Source of the DNA: Octopus sinensis
Lineage: Eukaryota
Assembly (NCBI RefSeq): GCF_006345805.1
Contig: NC_042998.1
Location: 21,576,001-21,640,000, forward strand
Direction: 5' to 3'
DNA: 64,000 nucleotides
Below the pieces are notes generated by a model. That model was given only the letters and a program-made list of their open reading frames with translations. It searched no databases and was not told where the DNA came from. Made by a program: the position numbers and the translations under genes. Below, piece by piece: positions 37,560 to 51,183 of the stretch. Within the stretch, counting starts at the first letter, position 1. Every line of letters starts with the position of its first letter.

Positions 37560-39830
37560 ATAGTGGTCATCCCTCTCATATGTATATGTATATGATGAAG
37601 GTGGAACTAGCACAGAAATAAATCAAAGACATTTGATTTAGAAAGAATTTAATAGAAAGATTTTAAAATTATATAAGGAAAATATAGAATTTTTACCGGT
37701 TTCGATGATGAATCCCATCTTATCAAATGTTAGTAAAAGTTTATAAAAATTTGAAGTAAAAACAGTTTATCTTCTGTTTGGGGATCAAAATATGTCTGGA
37801 GTGTTTTTCGTTGTCGTCTTCTTTAAATATAGTTTGGTATAGAATGCAAGATGTTAGAAAGGGTGTGTAATTGTCTATTGTCTGAAAGAATCGCTATGGG
37901 TTCCTACCAAGAAGATAGCTTAAAAGCATTTATTGAATGGGTTTTGTGTCTATCTGTGTGTGTTTGAGTGCAGAGGTATGTGTGTGTTTGTGTGTGTGTT
38001 TGTGTGTGCGTTTGTGTGTGTGTGTATGTGTGCAGAGGTGTGTGGGTGTGTTTGGGATGTCATTTTTTGTTTGTGTGTGAGTGTATGTATGTGTGTTTGT
38101 ATGCGTGTGTGCACACATGTGTGTGTTATTTTTTTGCTATGTTTTCTTTTGTGTGTATGAGTGTATGTGTGTGTGTGAAGACGTGTGTGAGTGTGTGTGT
38201 GTATTTTTGCGATGTTTTCTTTTCTGCGTATGTGTATGTATGCGTGTGTATATGTGTGTGTCTTTGCGATATTTTCTATTGTGAGTATATGTGCGTATGT
38301 ATGTGTGTATCTGTTTGTGTGTGCGTTTGTGTGTGTGTGTGCCGAACGTGATTTTTGTTTTGGTTATTTTCTTTTATGTGTATGTGTGTGTGTGTGTGTA
38401 TGTGTGTGTGTGTGTGTGCATGGGGGGTGGGCAACGTGTGTCTTGGTATTTCTGCCCTTGTGCTAAAAAGGAATATTACTTTGAGTGTGATTGATATTTG
38501 TGGTCGATCTGTTTTGAGTGGATCTGTAGGGTCGTTTTTGATAGTGAGTGTATTGAAGAGGGGGTCTGCTGTAGTTGCTATTATGTTACGGTCCTGTTGA
38601 GGTTCCTAGTGGTCTGGGTAGTTTGGGTGGGTCTCTTCCAAAGGTCACTGTGTTTATACTGTAGTGATTCTGGTTCCAGTGAGGGCACTTGTGGTTATAT
38701 TTTATTAAGGGACCTATTGTAGCCCTCAGTGATCCGAGTGTACCTCATCCAAAGTTTAGAGTATTTGTGTTATAAGGTTGGTTTATGTCATTTCTGGATT
38801 TGGGTTTGTGAGGAAAATTTGGTGAATGTTTTTTTTTGTAGTTGGGCGCAGGTTTTCTTCGGTTGTAGTTGGGTGTATTTCGAGTTGGTAGGAATTATGC
38901 TTGTAGGTTAGGTGTCTTCTGTTTTATGGTTTGGTTGTTTCTGTAAGGTTTCGTGTTCTTTTTCTGTTTTTTTTTTTTGTTTTTGTTTTTGTTTTGGGGG
39001 TTTTTTATGAAGGGATTGTCTGTGGTATGTATTTTTAAAAATTCTTTTTCGTATTTAAGGAACCACATCTCGCACTTTTACCATCGTTCTCTCTCTATCC
39101 GCTCAGTCGAAGTCGACTCTCGGTCACTCGTTGGATCAGTGTCCTCCAGTCAGTTCTATCCTGGGCCGCTTCTTTCAGATTGGCTATGTCCATTCCGGTA
39201 TCACTCTTGATGGTGTCAAGCCAGCGGGTTCTTGGTCGGCCTCTTCCTCTCTTGCCACTGACCATTCCGAGCATGATGTCCTTCTCCAGGGATTTTCTCC
39301 GCATAATATGACCGAAATATGCCAATCTATGCTTGGTGATCCTAGGTTCTAGCGACATTTTCGGCCTTATCTGCTTAAGAACTTTCTCCATTGGTGAGCC
39401 TCGCTGTCCATGGAATCCATAAAAGTCTTCTCCAACACCAAAGCTCGAATGCATTAATTCTCTTCTGGTCATATTTAGAGAGATATAAATTCTGTATGTT
39501 CGTAGTCTTGTTTCCAGAGTTTTAGGAGGTGTTGTAAGTTGGTTCCTTCAGATATTTTGGTATATACTTCTATTTGTTGGTCAATATCTTTGATTTTTTT
39601 TGGTCCATTTGCTGTGGCTCTTAATTTTAAGAATTCGATTTCCATGTTTCTTCTATTGAGAGACATTTGTTCCCGTAGTTTTCTTTGTGGTACTGGATCA
39701 TTAGATAGTGGTTTTATTTGAAATTTGGGGACAAGATTAGTGGGGTGGATTTTAGCCAGTTTTTACAGATTCAAGCTTTCACCATATTCCAAAATGTAAG
39801 CTTTCTTGTTCTTAAAAGTTTTTTTTTCCA
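37560..39830 (-). mobile_element. Degenerate Penelope-like element, interrupted by an RTE fragment and (TG)n
   Basis: Minus frame QRKLREQMSLNRRNMEIEFLKLRA...LWKQD continues past the insertion as W*KCEMWFLKYEKEFLK; decayed HHR-like motif at 37695..37726. Family assignment from recall. Confidence 0.45.
39075..39460 (-). mobile_element. RTE-clade LINE 3' fragment
   Basis: RLAYFGHIMRRKSLEKDIMLGMVSGKRGRGRPRTRWLDTIKSD...AAQDRTDWR is a typical RTE/BovB C-terminus. Confidence 0.85.
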
Positions 39831-39934
39831 AACGTGGCCCATTTTACTACTGTGCTGTTTTTACCTCTGTCTTTTATATATAAAAATTTGATTTGTATAG
39901 ATCTCTAGTCATCTTTGAACTACATATATATATA

Positions 39935-40283
<349 letters not shown>

Positions 40284-40860
40284 CTATCATTCAACTACGG
40301 CAGTAGTTGAATAATATTCTTAAGGCCGCAATTTCCGCAGCATCATTCAGAACTTGTCGCTAATTCAGTTCTTAACCAAATTTTTAAAATGTTACCACTT
40401 TTGAAGAGGACTGGTCTCTGCTTACATTTTGGCTTTAAAAAATTGAGATTTGATCCAGAAGAAAAAAGTTTACAACAAAATTTGTAGCAACGTTATAGGA
40501 GAATAAATAACGCCTCCAATGAAGTTCAGATCTAAGCAACTTATTTATTATACAAGCAATATATATCTATCTTAGTTTCAATGATAGAAGAAAGCATGAA
40601 GAATTTCATAGTTTTGGTCTCCTGCAACGAAAAGTTGTGTAAAAAATATTGTGAGATAAAATATCATGAAAAGATATAAGGAAAAAAAATGTATTTGAGT
40701 ATTATTAACTTGTTTGATAGATCTCAATACAAGGAATTTCATGGAATCAATTTCATGCAATGACGTTTTAAAAGAAAAAGTTATGAATGTTTGTTTCTCA
40801 AATTTGAGGGTGATAATATAGTTCTATAATATTTTATGAATATAGTTCTATTACATGGGA

Positions 40861-41248
40861 GGAGGCGCAATGGCCCAGTGGTTAGGGCAGCGGACTCGCG
40901 GTCATAGGATAGCGGTTTCGATTCCCAGACCGGGCATTGTGAGTGTTTATTGAGCGAAAACACCTAAAGCTCCACGAGGCTCCAGCAGGGGATGGTGGTG
41001 ATCCCCTGCTGTACTCTTTCACCACAACTTTCTCTCACTCTTACTTCCTGTTTCTGTTGTACCTGTATTTCAAAGGGCCGGCCTTGTCACTCTCTGTGTC
41101 ACGCTGAATATCCCCGAGAACTACGTTAAGGGTACACGTATCTGTGGAGTGCTCAGCCACTTACACGTTAATTTCACGAGCAGGGTGTTCCGTTGATTCG
41201 GATCAACCGGAACCCTCATCGTCGTAACCGACGGAGTGCTTCCATCCC
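40861..41248 (+). mobile_element. SINE family B with 11-bp TSD
   Basis: attacatggga at 40850..40860 and 41249..41259. Confidence 0.9.
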
Positions 41249-42424
41249 ATTACATGGGAAAATGCGAACAAGATAAATAATATTCTTTAAGACTATAAGC
41301 CCGGAAAAGTAGAGGACAAGTTATTACACTTGGAAAAGTTCAAGACAACTTATTACATCAGGTAAAGTATTGAGCAAGAAAATTTTTACTTAAAATATTG
41401 CAGCTAAGAATAAGATTTCAAATAAAATATTTAGATTTAGAATATATTAGCTTTTATTAAAACTAAAAATTTTATTACAAGTTATTACTTCTATTTGTTA
41501 TTAATTGTTGTTTCTATCAAAAATTAATAACTCAATTGAAATATATTTTGCACTTTAAAAAGATTCAGTTCTTTAATTATCCCTGTGTGTGTGTTTTAGT
41601 GTATGTATGTGACTTTACCCAACAGTGAAACGCGCTCATATTGTAAGTTACAACGACCAGGTTTCATTAGAAAGTGAAAATAGATATATCCGCTGCTTAT
41701 TATCTATCCACCAAATAAACTATGCTTTTCACTCAGCAACTCTTTTTTACAACTAAAATAACATCGGCAACTACGTTGGCTTGCACAGTTTTGAGGTCAT
41801 TTCCGGACAATATTTGAATTTGCTTCAAATATTTTACTTTTGTCCGATGTTTCACGCATGCGTAGAATTCTACTCAGACAAACATTTATGAAATTGTACA
41901 CAACAAATTCACAGTGAAATTTGCTTGAGTTATTGCCTAAATTATTGTCAAGTTACCATATTTTTAGTCTTGACCCAATGTCTATTTTTTACATACAGAA
42001 TTTGCTAACCATATATATTACTCTACTTTGCATAAAACTTTAGCTATATGGGTACTTCTGGTTCTCATTTTCAAGTATTCTAATGTGGTATTTTTTTTTA
42101 GTTATAATATTACTTTGTAAATTAAAATCAAATAATTTTTAATATTCAAATTTTATCATTAGCTGCAATATTTTAAGTAAAAATGTTCTTATTATTAATT
42201 AACATAATAGAATAGCCTGGAAAAAACACGGATTACACGGAAAAATGCGAGCAAGCGAAATAATATTCTTAAGATTACAAAGCTGGAAAAGTACAGGACA
42301 AGTTATTACATCCGCTAAAGTACAGAAAAATTTTACTTAGAATATTGCACCTAAGGATAAAATTTGAATATTAGAAAATATTTAATTTTAATTTACAAAG
42401 TAACATTATAATTTTAAAAACGAT

Positions 42425-42785
42425 ACCATCGGGTTTGTTTCGACCCTTTAGAATTGGAATTTTTGAAAAGTAAAACTTTTGCATTATGTAGCTTGTTATT
42501 CTCTTTAAGTGAACATTTTTCTGATTGAAAAATGGCGACACAGCAGTAAAAAAATCGTAAAAGATAGGGATTTTCATAGAAAAAAAGCACCTTTTTGATG
42601 TAAATAAATTTTTGGTGTTAACATGGTCCGATTTGAAATTTTTCTTCTACGGAAGGAAGAGCAAATCTTCTTCTATCATACTCTCAATTTTGGTCAACTT
42701 GCGTCGAAGGGTCTCGGAGGAGATAGTGTTAGTTGAAGGCTACCAAATCTGCCATACACAGACAACTTCACCTTTATATATATAA
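42425..42785 (-). mobile_element. Non-autonomous Helitron copy (3' end lost)
   Basis: Reverse match to 63272..63640. Confidence 0.7.
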
Positions 42786-43500
42786 TTTATTTGTATTTAC
42801 TCTTGAACTTTGCGAATGTTCCTGGATCGTTGTTTCCCAAAAATCTCGAAAATGTTTTTCGCTGTACTCCAGGAATCTCTCGTGGTACACACTTTGGCAG
42901 ACACTGCTTTCGAGCATTCTAACGATATGCAGCTGTATTTTCTTCTATTACTGCTTGTCCTGTACTCTTCAACACAATATAGGCTCACTGTCGAAGCAAT
43001 TAATCGCTAAATATATACAATGGATATTTTATGAATACTACTTGGTTTGTTACGACTCAAAGAAGATAAATGATGTGTACCACTTTATATTAACGATTTA
43101 CCGTTAAGTGAGATCTATCTTGTAAGTTGTCTTTGTTTAAATACATAATATGATTATAGTAATTGATATAAAGCATGCTGAAAAATATCCAGCATCAGGA
43201 TCAGCTACATCATTTGTAAAATAGTTGGTTTTTAGCAAAATTGATAATGAGGCATATAAAAGCGAGCAGCATACTTCCAACATTTTAGATGTTTTTAAGT
43301 TTAAAAACTGGTCTGTCCTCATCCTAGAAGACTGAATCAAAAAATGAAAAAAAATTACAAAGATGATAGCTAAATTAACTTCAGCTTCGGATGTTTTCTG
43401 AAGCGGAGATTTTCATTTGGCATATCATACATGCAATGTGTTCTTCGTAGCCTGGCAAAAGGAATTCTATCTTCATGTGCGTCAGGTATTAAAGAATCGC

Positions 43501-43657
43501 TTCAAATTCAGCCGAGATCGACTTTGCCTTTCATCCTTTCGGGGTCGATTAAATAAGTACCAGTTACGCACTAGGGTCGATATAATCGACTTAATCCGTT
43601 TGTTTGTCCTTGTTTGTCCTCTCTGTGTTTAGCCCCTTGTGGGTAGTAAAGAAATAA
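43501..43657 (+). mobile_element. 5'-truncated SINE A with 15-bp TSD
   Basis: gtattaaagaatcgc at 43486..43500 and 43658..43672; empty in gene A near 14010. Confidence 0.9.
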
Positions 43658-43756
43658 GTATTAAAGAATCGCAGAATTGAAACCGTATAAAATTATTTAA
43701 ATATCCTTTTTATTCTTTAATGTAACAGTGATGATATTAATTAATTTTTTAATGAT

Positions 43757-43940
43757 GCGTTTCGTCTGCCGTTACGTTCTGAGTTCGAATTCCACCGAGG
43801 TCGACTTTGCCTTTTATCCTTTCGGGGTCGATTAAATAAGTACCAGTTACGCACTAGGGTCGATATAATCGACTTAATCCGTTTGTTTGTCCTTGTTTGT
43901 CCCTTCTGAGTTTAGCCCCTTGTGGGTTGTAAAGAAATAG
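43757..43940 (+). mobile_element. 5'-truncated SINE A with ~25-bp TSD
   Basis: gatattaatta..tttttaatgat on both sides; empty in gene A near 14085. Confidence 0.85.
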
Positions 43941-44076
43941 ATATTAATTATTTTTTTAATGATAAGCAAACGTCCACAGGAAATTAAAATCCCCAGCCAG
44001 CATTTGTTGATCAATTAAATTTATGAGGAAAGTACACTTTGAAATATCGCTTGTGGAATTTAATTTCTTTTCACAG

Positions 44077-44579
44077 AAAACACAAAAACTAAGATACCGA
44101 ACGATGATCCACCAGGATACAATGAAAACCATGAAAACAGAGATGGTCTTCAGAATATTATGGCACCTGTAATTCCCGCAGAAACTGAATATCCACCAGG
44201 TTATCCATCACCACCATCAGATTATCCATCACCACCACCAGATTATCCATCACCATCGGGATGTCCCCCACCAAAATATGCACCGCCTCCAGAATATCAA
44301 CCACCATCAGAATATGCATCATCACCGGGACCCACAGATATTTTTGGTAATGTTTTGGCATCTGCACCTCCCACACAAACTGGATATCTACCACCACCAG
44401 GATGTCCCCCACCAAAATACACACCGCAACCTGAATATCCACCACAACCTGGATACCCACCACAACCTGGATATCCACCACAACCTGGATATCCACCACA
44501 ACCTGGATATCCACTGCAACTCGGATATCCACCACAATCCGGACACATGTCACAACAACAACAACAACAGCTTGTTATC
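44077..44579 (+). CDS. Gene B exon 2, Pro-rich with PPPDYPS and PQPGYP repeats
   Basis: cttttcacAG / GTAAGC, 503 nt (2+167 codons): NTKTKIPNDDPPGYNEN...PPQPGY...QQQQQQLVI. Contains track ORF 44160..44753 in frame. Confidence 0.88.
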
Positions 44580-44804
44580 GTAAGCAAACACTGTTTCCTT
44601 TTCATTTTACTATTGACTGTTCTACAACCATCTCATCATATGTTTTGCAAGCTTTGCTCATCAAAAGGTGGCTGTACTAGGAAACCATCTTTAAGATTTT
44701 TTGTCTCTTTACATTGTAAGTTCAAATTCCGCCGGAATCGACTTTGCCTTTAATCGTTTTCGAAGTCGATAAAATTAGTACTTTTTTTAGTTATTATTTA
44801 TTTA

Positions 44805-45116
44805 TGCGCCTTTCTCAAGCCTAGCCAGGCTCGTGGGCCCGGTTTCCCGGTTTCTATGGCGTATGTGTCCCCCCCACCACCAACTGGACGGGACGCCAGT
44901 CCATCGCAGCGTTACTCAAGAAACAGGAAGAAAGAGTGAGAGAAAGTTGGGGCGAAAGAGTACAACAGGGGTCACCACCACCACTTTGCCGGAGCCTCGT
45001 GGAGCTTTAGGTGTTTTCGCTCAATAAACACACGCAACACCCAGTCTGGGAATCAAAACCGCGATCCTCCGACCGCGAGTTCGCTGCCCTAATCACTGGG
45101 CCATTGCGCCTCCACA
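44805..45116 (-). mobile_element. SINE with family-B head/body and E-type tail
   Basis: Head matches family B; tail matches 26950..27050 and 22095..22200. Confidence 0.75.
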
Positions 45117-45250
45117 TTTGTTTAGTACTGGAGTTGATATGATCGACTATCCCAGTTCCCTAAATTTCAAGCATTGTGCCTATAGTAGAAAGTATTATCA
45201 TTCAACGTCGTTGCATCATCACCCTTGTCATCTGTATCTTCCCTTTTTTT

Positions 45251-45291
<41 letters not shown>

Positions 45292-45430
45292 TCAGCAGCA
45301 TCATCAGCAGCAGCAGCGTCATCACCACCATCATCATCACCACCATCGTCATCACCACCATCGTCATCACCTTCATCGTCATCACCATCTTAGATGATTA
45401 TGTTATGCTTTTGATTTCTTCCCTTTTCAG

Positions 45431-45541
45431 ACACGAACCTACCAACCACAATACGTTGAAAATAAGGTGACTTCAGCATTTCTTGTCACCCTTTTCTGCT
45501 TTTTCCCAACAGGCATTCCTGCTATTGTTTTTGCACAAAAA
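45431..45541 (+). CDS. Gene B exon 3, CD225 N-terminal half
   Basis: ccttttcAG / GTAAGT, 111 nt: TRTYQPQYVENKVTSAFLVTLFCFFPTGIPAIVFAQK. Confidence 0.9.
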
Positions 45542-45688
45542 GTAAGTAAAATACGAACATTTCTAGAGAGAAATTCTGTTCATAAACATACATTTTATCC
45601 AGTCGTGGGTGTCTGGTAAAATGCTTGCTTTCCAGCCACTAGGCTCCGAGTTCAGTTCTACCTCATCTTTCATAGGAGTATATATATA

Positions 45689-45770
45689 GAGGGTGTTTCA
45701 AAAAGTTTGATATCATTTCGCAATGTGATATCTACACCCCAAATGATGTCAAACGTTTTGAAACACCCTG
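45689..45770. mobile_element. Tc1/mariner-type MITE, 82 bp
   Basis: TIRs agggtgtttcaaaa.gtttga.atcattt; TA flanks. Confidence 0.75.
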
Positions 45771-45775
45771 TATAT

Positions 45776-45808
<33 letters not shown>

Positions 45809-46102
45809 GAGGCGCAATGGCCCGGTGGTTAGGGCAGCGGACTCACGGTCGTAGGATCGCGGTTTCGATTCCCAAACCAGGCGTTGTGAGTGTTTATTGA
45901 GTGAAAACACCTAAAAGCTCCCCCAGGGTCCGGCAGGGGGTGGTGTCGATCCCTGCTGTACTCTTTTGCTACAACTTTCTCTCACTCTTTCTTCCGTAGG
46001 CCTGCTCGCTTAGCCAGCGGGGTGGCGTCATTTGAAGGCTAAAACAATACGAAGCACATTGTGACCAGCGATGTGTAGCAACATCTGATAGCTACACATG
46101 AT

Positions 46103-46142
<40 letters not shown>

Positions 46143-46489
46143 TACACATTAAGTACGGGACATCACCAGCGAGTGAAAAGTGTGTAAACACACGAGATAT
46201 AAGTACAGAACAAATACAGAAAATACAAAAAATATACACATGCAGTACATGTTATCACCAACGAGTGAAACACATAGAAACACACAGAGATAAGTACTGG
46301 ACAAAGTACCAAAGGAATTCTAAATCCTCAGATGTCGTGCTTTCAATGACAAGACAGGAAAACCTCATAACACAGTAGCATCCAGAAATTTTTAAAATAT
46401 AAAATTCTTGGTGAGTTAGAGCTTCGAACGAACAAACGACATCATCTTTAAGTGAGGGTGGATAGTGTTTCTCAGATTAGTTTTGAGGT

Positions 46490-46940
46490 CTTGAAAACGA
46501 AGGTCCCGAGTATTTCCATCCGACTCTATTTCATTAAATTAAAGGGAATATTTCTTTTGATGAGTTTCGTGTGGTATCAGCTAAAGAAAAGATATTGTTT
46601 CGTGTCTATTGGTTTATTATTAAAGTCGTGTAGAATTTCGTTCTTCACTTTTTTTATCAGAATATCTAAGAAAGGGAGCTGTTCTTTGGTATATTTCATT
46701 GTAAGCTGAATGTCAGGATTTGTATTATATATTATTGATTTAAATTCAAAAAGATTGTTAATAGTTTCATCCCAAATGATAAAGCTGTCACCCAGATATC
46801 TTTTCCAGTTCTCCCATATATAATGGTTTAATGGGTATCAATACATTTGCAGTGACACTTCATATATGGTTAATTCAAAATATGCCATTATTAGGTCCGC
46901 AAGAACAGGGCTACTTCCGTCCCATCGCATTTTCACATTT
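46490..46940 (-). mobile_element. Penelope-like RT remnant
   Basis: SPVLADLIMAYFE...WKRYLGDSFIIWD...NPDIQLTMKYTKEQLPFLDILI...KPIDTKQYL matches PLE RT motifs C-E and thumb, with stops. Confidence 0.75.
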
Positions 46941-47074
46941 TTGTCGGCAGTAGATGTCCTCAAATACGAAACAATTGTTCTGAAGTAGAAATTTAAAAGT
47001 TTCAATAATAAAAACCTGGTTTGTGCGTTCCGGAAATTCTTTAGGGAATTTTCCAGACAGAATTTTATTGATAA

Positions 47075-47470
47075 CTAGCTGTATCATCCGGCGTTGCTCG
47101 GGTTCGTAAGGGAAATAACTATATAAACATTTTTAGAGATGTAAAGTATAATAGCCATCTCAATATGGCTAACCACAAAGGGGGGTGTTACTGTAGCTTT
47201 TTACGTTCTGAGATTTAATAATACATTTTTAGAGAGTTACTTCCCTTATATAAACCGAGCGAAAATGCATTAAAAATACGGAAAAATTATGGTAATTTTT
47301 TTTCAAAATCGTAGACTCATCGTAGACGCGCGCTAATACCCAGAAGGGCTCGATATGAATCACGACTATAAGATACCCGGTTTTGGTTAAACTGCACCGC
47401 AAAATGTGGGAGTAGTTAGGAATCTAAATCGTAGGAGACAGACACACAACTTGACTTTTATATATAAAGA
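47075..47470 (-). mobile_element. Non-autonomous Helitron (396 bp)
   Basis: 5' TCTTTATATATAAAAG, 3' hairpin cccgagcaacgccgg + CTAG, inserted between A and T. Confidence 0.8.
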
Positions 47471-47576
47471 TATACCACAGACATGTAGGATATTGGTGTA
47501 AGATTAGTAACATCGAAGAAAACCATTAATGTTTCTTCAGTAGGAGATTTTCGCGGGTGGTTCAGTATATCTAGAT

Positions 47577-47884
47577 CAGGGCTGGCCAACTTGAGGCCCG
47601 CGGGTTGCATACGTCCCGCAGACTTTTATCCTGCGGCCCGCTTGATACTTTCTCGAAATGGATTTAAAATTTCATCAAAAATTAAAGATTGTAATGAAAA
47701 GTACAAAAGAAAGATAGTACTGTTTTTGCAACGATAATAGTTCATATTGAATCAACGCTCATTCATCATTGTAATAATAGCATTAGAAACCAAAATGCTT
47801 TTAATTCTGTCAGTATATAAGCGGCCCTAAAAAGAATTCTGTGATTAAAGTGGCCCGCAATGTAATTCTATTCGGCCAGGCTTG
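47577..47884. mobile_element. hAT-type MITE with 8-bp TSD
   Basis: TIR cagggctggccaa / ttcggccaggcttg; TSD atctagat at 47569..47576 and 47885..47892. Confidence 0.85.
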
Positions 47885-48502
47885 ATCTAGATCGTCTCTA
47901 ATGCAACTTTTGATGTATTTCAACAAGGGCTTCAGTAGGATGTCTAAAAAGTTGCATAGGTGGTGGGCTTCACAGGCTGGGCCAGCTATAATGGGTCTTA
48001 ATTTTAAATCTTCTGGCGCTAGGATATTTATGTATTTGCGTGGTGATTGCTTCCATGTTTCATTAATTATCTTGCTCTGTGTATTTTAGGTAGCCTGTCT
48101 ACACCTCCATTGATGTTGAAATTTCCTGTAACACTGAGCAGCTTGCAAGTCCGAACATCTATCTCACTGGGTTGTTATAGTGACCAGTTTGAAAATTCAA
48201 AGGTTGGCGTCAGGATAGACACTGCAGAGGTGTTGTGGGCAGTAAGGTTGTGTTGTAAGCTGCGTGTTCTGGTGACCATAGACCATATTCTTTTTATTCA
48301 CCTGAGATATTCTTTATGGATCTATCATATCTGATATTCTCATTTTGTCACCTGATTGTAGAGGTTGCATTGTCAAGCCGTTCACTCTTAGCTTTACAGA
48401 GGTGGACACAGCATTTCCACGCAGTGGGACTGAACCCGGAACCATGTAGTTGGAAAGTAAGCGTCTTACCATTCAACTACTCCTGCGCCTAAACGTGTAT
48501 GA

Positions 48503-48616
48503 TGCTTACAGCACCTAGATTTATCAAGCGGTCACCCATCTATGTACACACTTGGTTCGACGTTGCTTAACTTCGGTGATCGGACGAGAACATATCAAGG
48601 CGATATGGTCGTAAGC
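48503..48616 (-). pseudogene. 5S rRNA pseudogene
   Basis: gcttacgaccatatc...gttctcgtccgatcaccgaagttaagcaacgtcg...gatgggtgaccgc...gtgctgtaagc matches metazoan 5S over its full length; about 6-nt deletion and substitutions. Confidence 0.85.
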
Positions 48617-48638
48617 AAATAAAAGAAAATAGATATTT

Positions 48639-48710
48639 AGGTTCTACCGAGACTTGAATTCGAATCACTATATTCAGAATCCAGAGTGCTAACCATTACA
48701 CTACAGAACC
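48639..48710 (-). pseudogene. tRNA-Gln(CUG) pseudogene
   Basis: ggttctgtagtgtaatggttagcactctggattCTGaatatagtgattcgaattcaagtctcggtagaacct: acceptor stem intact; mismatches in anticodon and T stems; B-box G>A. Confidence 0.8.
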
Positions 48711-50393
48711 ATACATACATATATGTTTGGTTGGGGGCATATCAATCTTACTGAAAGGTTACTAGTGAAGTTAGGCTTATAGTACTTCAGGTTAATTCGA
48801 GGGGTTCTGGGCAGGTAAGGTTCACTCCTGTCCTCTAGCTTTCCTTTTTCAACTTCCGTTTTTAGCTTGTAGGTTTAGGCTAAGTCATCAACATGAGTTA
48901 TTTTGTGGTGTTTTAGTACTTCGTTTTTTTTTTTAAGCGGAGATTGTATAACTGTATAAACTTGACAATGCAACCTCTACAATCAGGTGACATTTTGTCT
49001 AAATGCACAAGAATCCCTTTTCTTTTTGAGTTCCTTCACTGGTATGTGCATTTTCCTTACATGTTGATTTGTTCTTAGAGGAATCTGTGTGGAATATAAT
49101 GCTTTTTGATATACTGAAAAGGTTGTCTTCGAATCCAGCTAGTTTCGGATTAGTTGAAGGAAACTTCTGAGTTTTAAATAAATATTATAGCATCTCATTG
49201 ATTGTGGTGTTTCTTATCCTGCGGTGGATAAAAGAAATAGTATTCTCGAAGAGATCTTTTAAATATTCTTAATGTTGTTTTGGGGTGGCAACGGGATCTC
49301 CTTGATGGTAAGTTTTGCTATATTATGGTAGACTGATTTAGCAGCCCGGTGTAAGATGAGAATTAATACGATAAGTATATGGAGTTAGATAATCCAGGTG
49401 GCCGCCCTGGATCATTAAGTGTGTGTGTGTGGTGGTATAAAGTGCTAGTTAGCTTTTGTTTGTCGCAGCGTTTGATGTAATCTGGTCAGCTGACTTACAA
49501 TCTCCTATACCAAACCCAAAAAAGGGCGTTGTTCAGCTGCCTCTGTCTATGCTATGTCTCCAGGTTGCTTTATTTTTTTCTGTGGAGCAGTGCATGCATC
49601 GGTCGAATATTTCCAAAGTGGAGGCAGTATGTGTTGTGACCTGGTCTTGTGCCCTTGATGATCCTAAGGGAAGTGTTTGTCCCCTCAGAAGAATTAGGTA
49701 ATGGCAAACAGTCAAGACATACACTTATTGCATTAACACATTTTAACAACAAAAAATTAGGTATCTATGATATTCCAGGCATTTTCAGGCTGTATTTGGA
49801 TTATATTATCTAACGTGATATTATCTACTATCATTTTTTAAAGAAAGCATGTTGTGATTTGAAGAATTTAGCTGCTGTTTCTAACAGCGTCAGTTGAGTT
49901 GTCTCCTAGTGGTTATGTCATAGACTAATTGTGGCTCTGTCATGGAATTGATAAGCATTTAACTGATGATCTGACAGGAGAAGCAAAACAAAAGTCCCTA
50001 AATAAAATCAAATGAACAGCATGATTGTAATAATTGTGATAAGGGTCCTTATATAAAGAAGGGTCACCTGTAATACTTGTCTGTTCCGTTATGTCTAACA
50101 ATAACCACTCCACGTATTTTAACCACATCAGTCTTTTTCCGCTCATCTCTTATATCTTTGCCAACTTACCATGTCATTATAAATAAGGTTTCTATTCATC
50201 CAGTGTAAATATAATAGCTCGAACACGAAAGCAGCAACGGGTTTTGGTAAAATATCTACTTTCATAAGAGCAATGGTTATGAAACTGATAAATAATATCA
50301 GTTCATCATCACCACACCCACACTATAAAAACATTAGTAGAATATATAGTCATGCCAGCATCCCACCATCCATCCTTTTATTAAGAACAAACT

Positions 50394-50778
50394 TTTGGAA
50401 GCACTCCGTCGGTTACGACGACGAGGGTTCCGGTTGATCCGATCAACGGAGCAGCCTGCTCGTGAAATTAACGTGTAAGTGGCTGAGCACTCCACAGACA
50501 CGTGTACCCTTAACGTAGGTAAGGGGATATTCAGCGTGACACAGAGAGTGACAAGGCCGGCCCTTTGAAATACAGGTACAACAGAAACAGGAAGTAAGAG
50601 TGAGAGAAAGTTGTGGTGAAAGAGTACAGCAGGGATCACCTCCATCCCCTGCCGGAGCCGCGTGGAGCTTTAGATGTTTTCGCTCAATAAACACTCACAA
50701 CGCCCGGTCTGGGAATCGAAACCGCGATCCTACGACCGCGAGTCCGCTGCCCTAACCACTGGGCCATTGCGCCTCCAC
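50394..50778 (-). mobile_element. SINE family B with 11-bp TSD
   Basis: aagaacaaact at 50383..50393 and 50779..50789; empty site in gene A near 25689. Confidence 0.9.
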
Positions 50779-51033
50779 AAGAACAAACTATATTTGTTGT
50801 TAAGGCGGTGAGCTGGTAGAATCGATGGAACTCCATGCAAAATGTTTAGTATTGTATCGTCAGCCTTAAAATATCTAAGTTCAAAATCGGCCGAGGTCAA
50901 CTCTACCCTTTATCTTTTTGGGGTCGATAAGTACTAGTTGTTGGCCTTGTGCCAACATTTGAAACAAATGTATTTGTTTCTGAGTTCTGTTTACATGTTT
51001 TAAATAAAAAAAAACTTTCATTTTACCTTCTAG

Positions 51034-51183
51034 GCACAAACAATGGCCCTATCCGGTAATATAGAAGGTGCACAGGAAGCAAACGCTGGTGCAGGAAGGC
51101 TAATCAAAATATCAATGATTGTTGGTTTTTTCATTATTATGATTTTAATTATTCTACGCTTTGCTGTGATTAGAGGATTGTGA
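51034..51183 (+). CDS. Gene B exon 4, CD225 loop + TM helix + stop
   Basis: ttttaccttctAG; AQTMALSGNIEGAQEANAGAGRLIKISMIVGFFIIMILIILRFAVIRGL*. Confidence 0.88.
   Translation, partial: AQTMALSGNIEGAQEANAGAGRLIKISMIVGFFIIMILIILRFAVIRGL

Noticed and set aside
41255-42375. ~130-bp direct repeats with a KPGKV.DK-like translation (also 12400)
   Set aside because: Short, stop-ridden, no splice support; probably old local duplications.
44160-44753. 197-aa ORF as a stand-alone single-exon gene
   Set aside because: Internal Met of exon 2; the GTAAGC donor at 44580 is conserved with gene A and leads to the CD225 exons.
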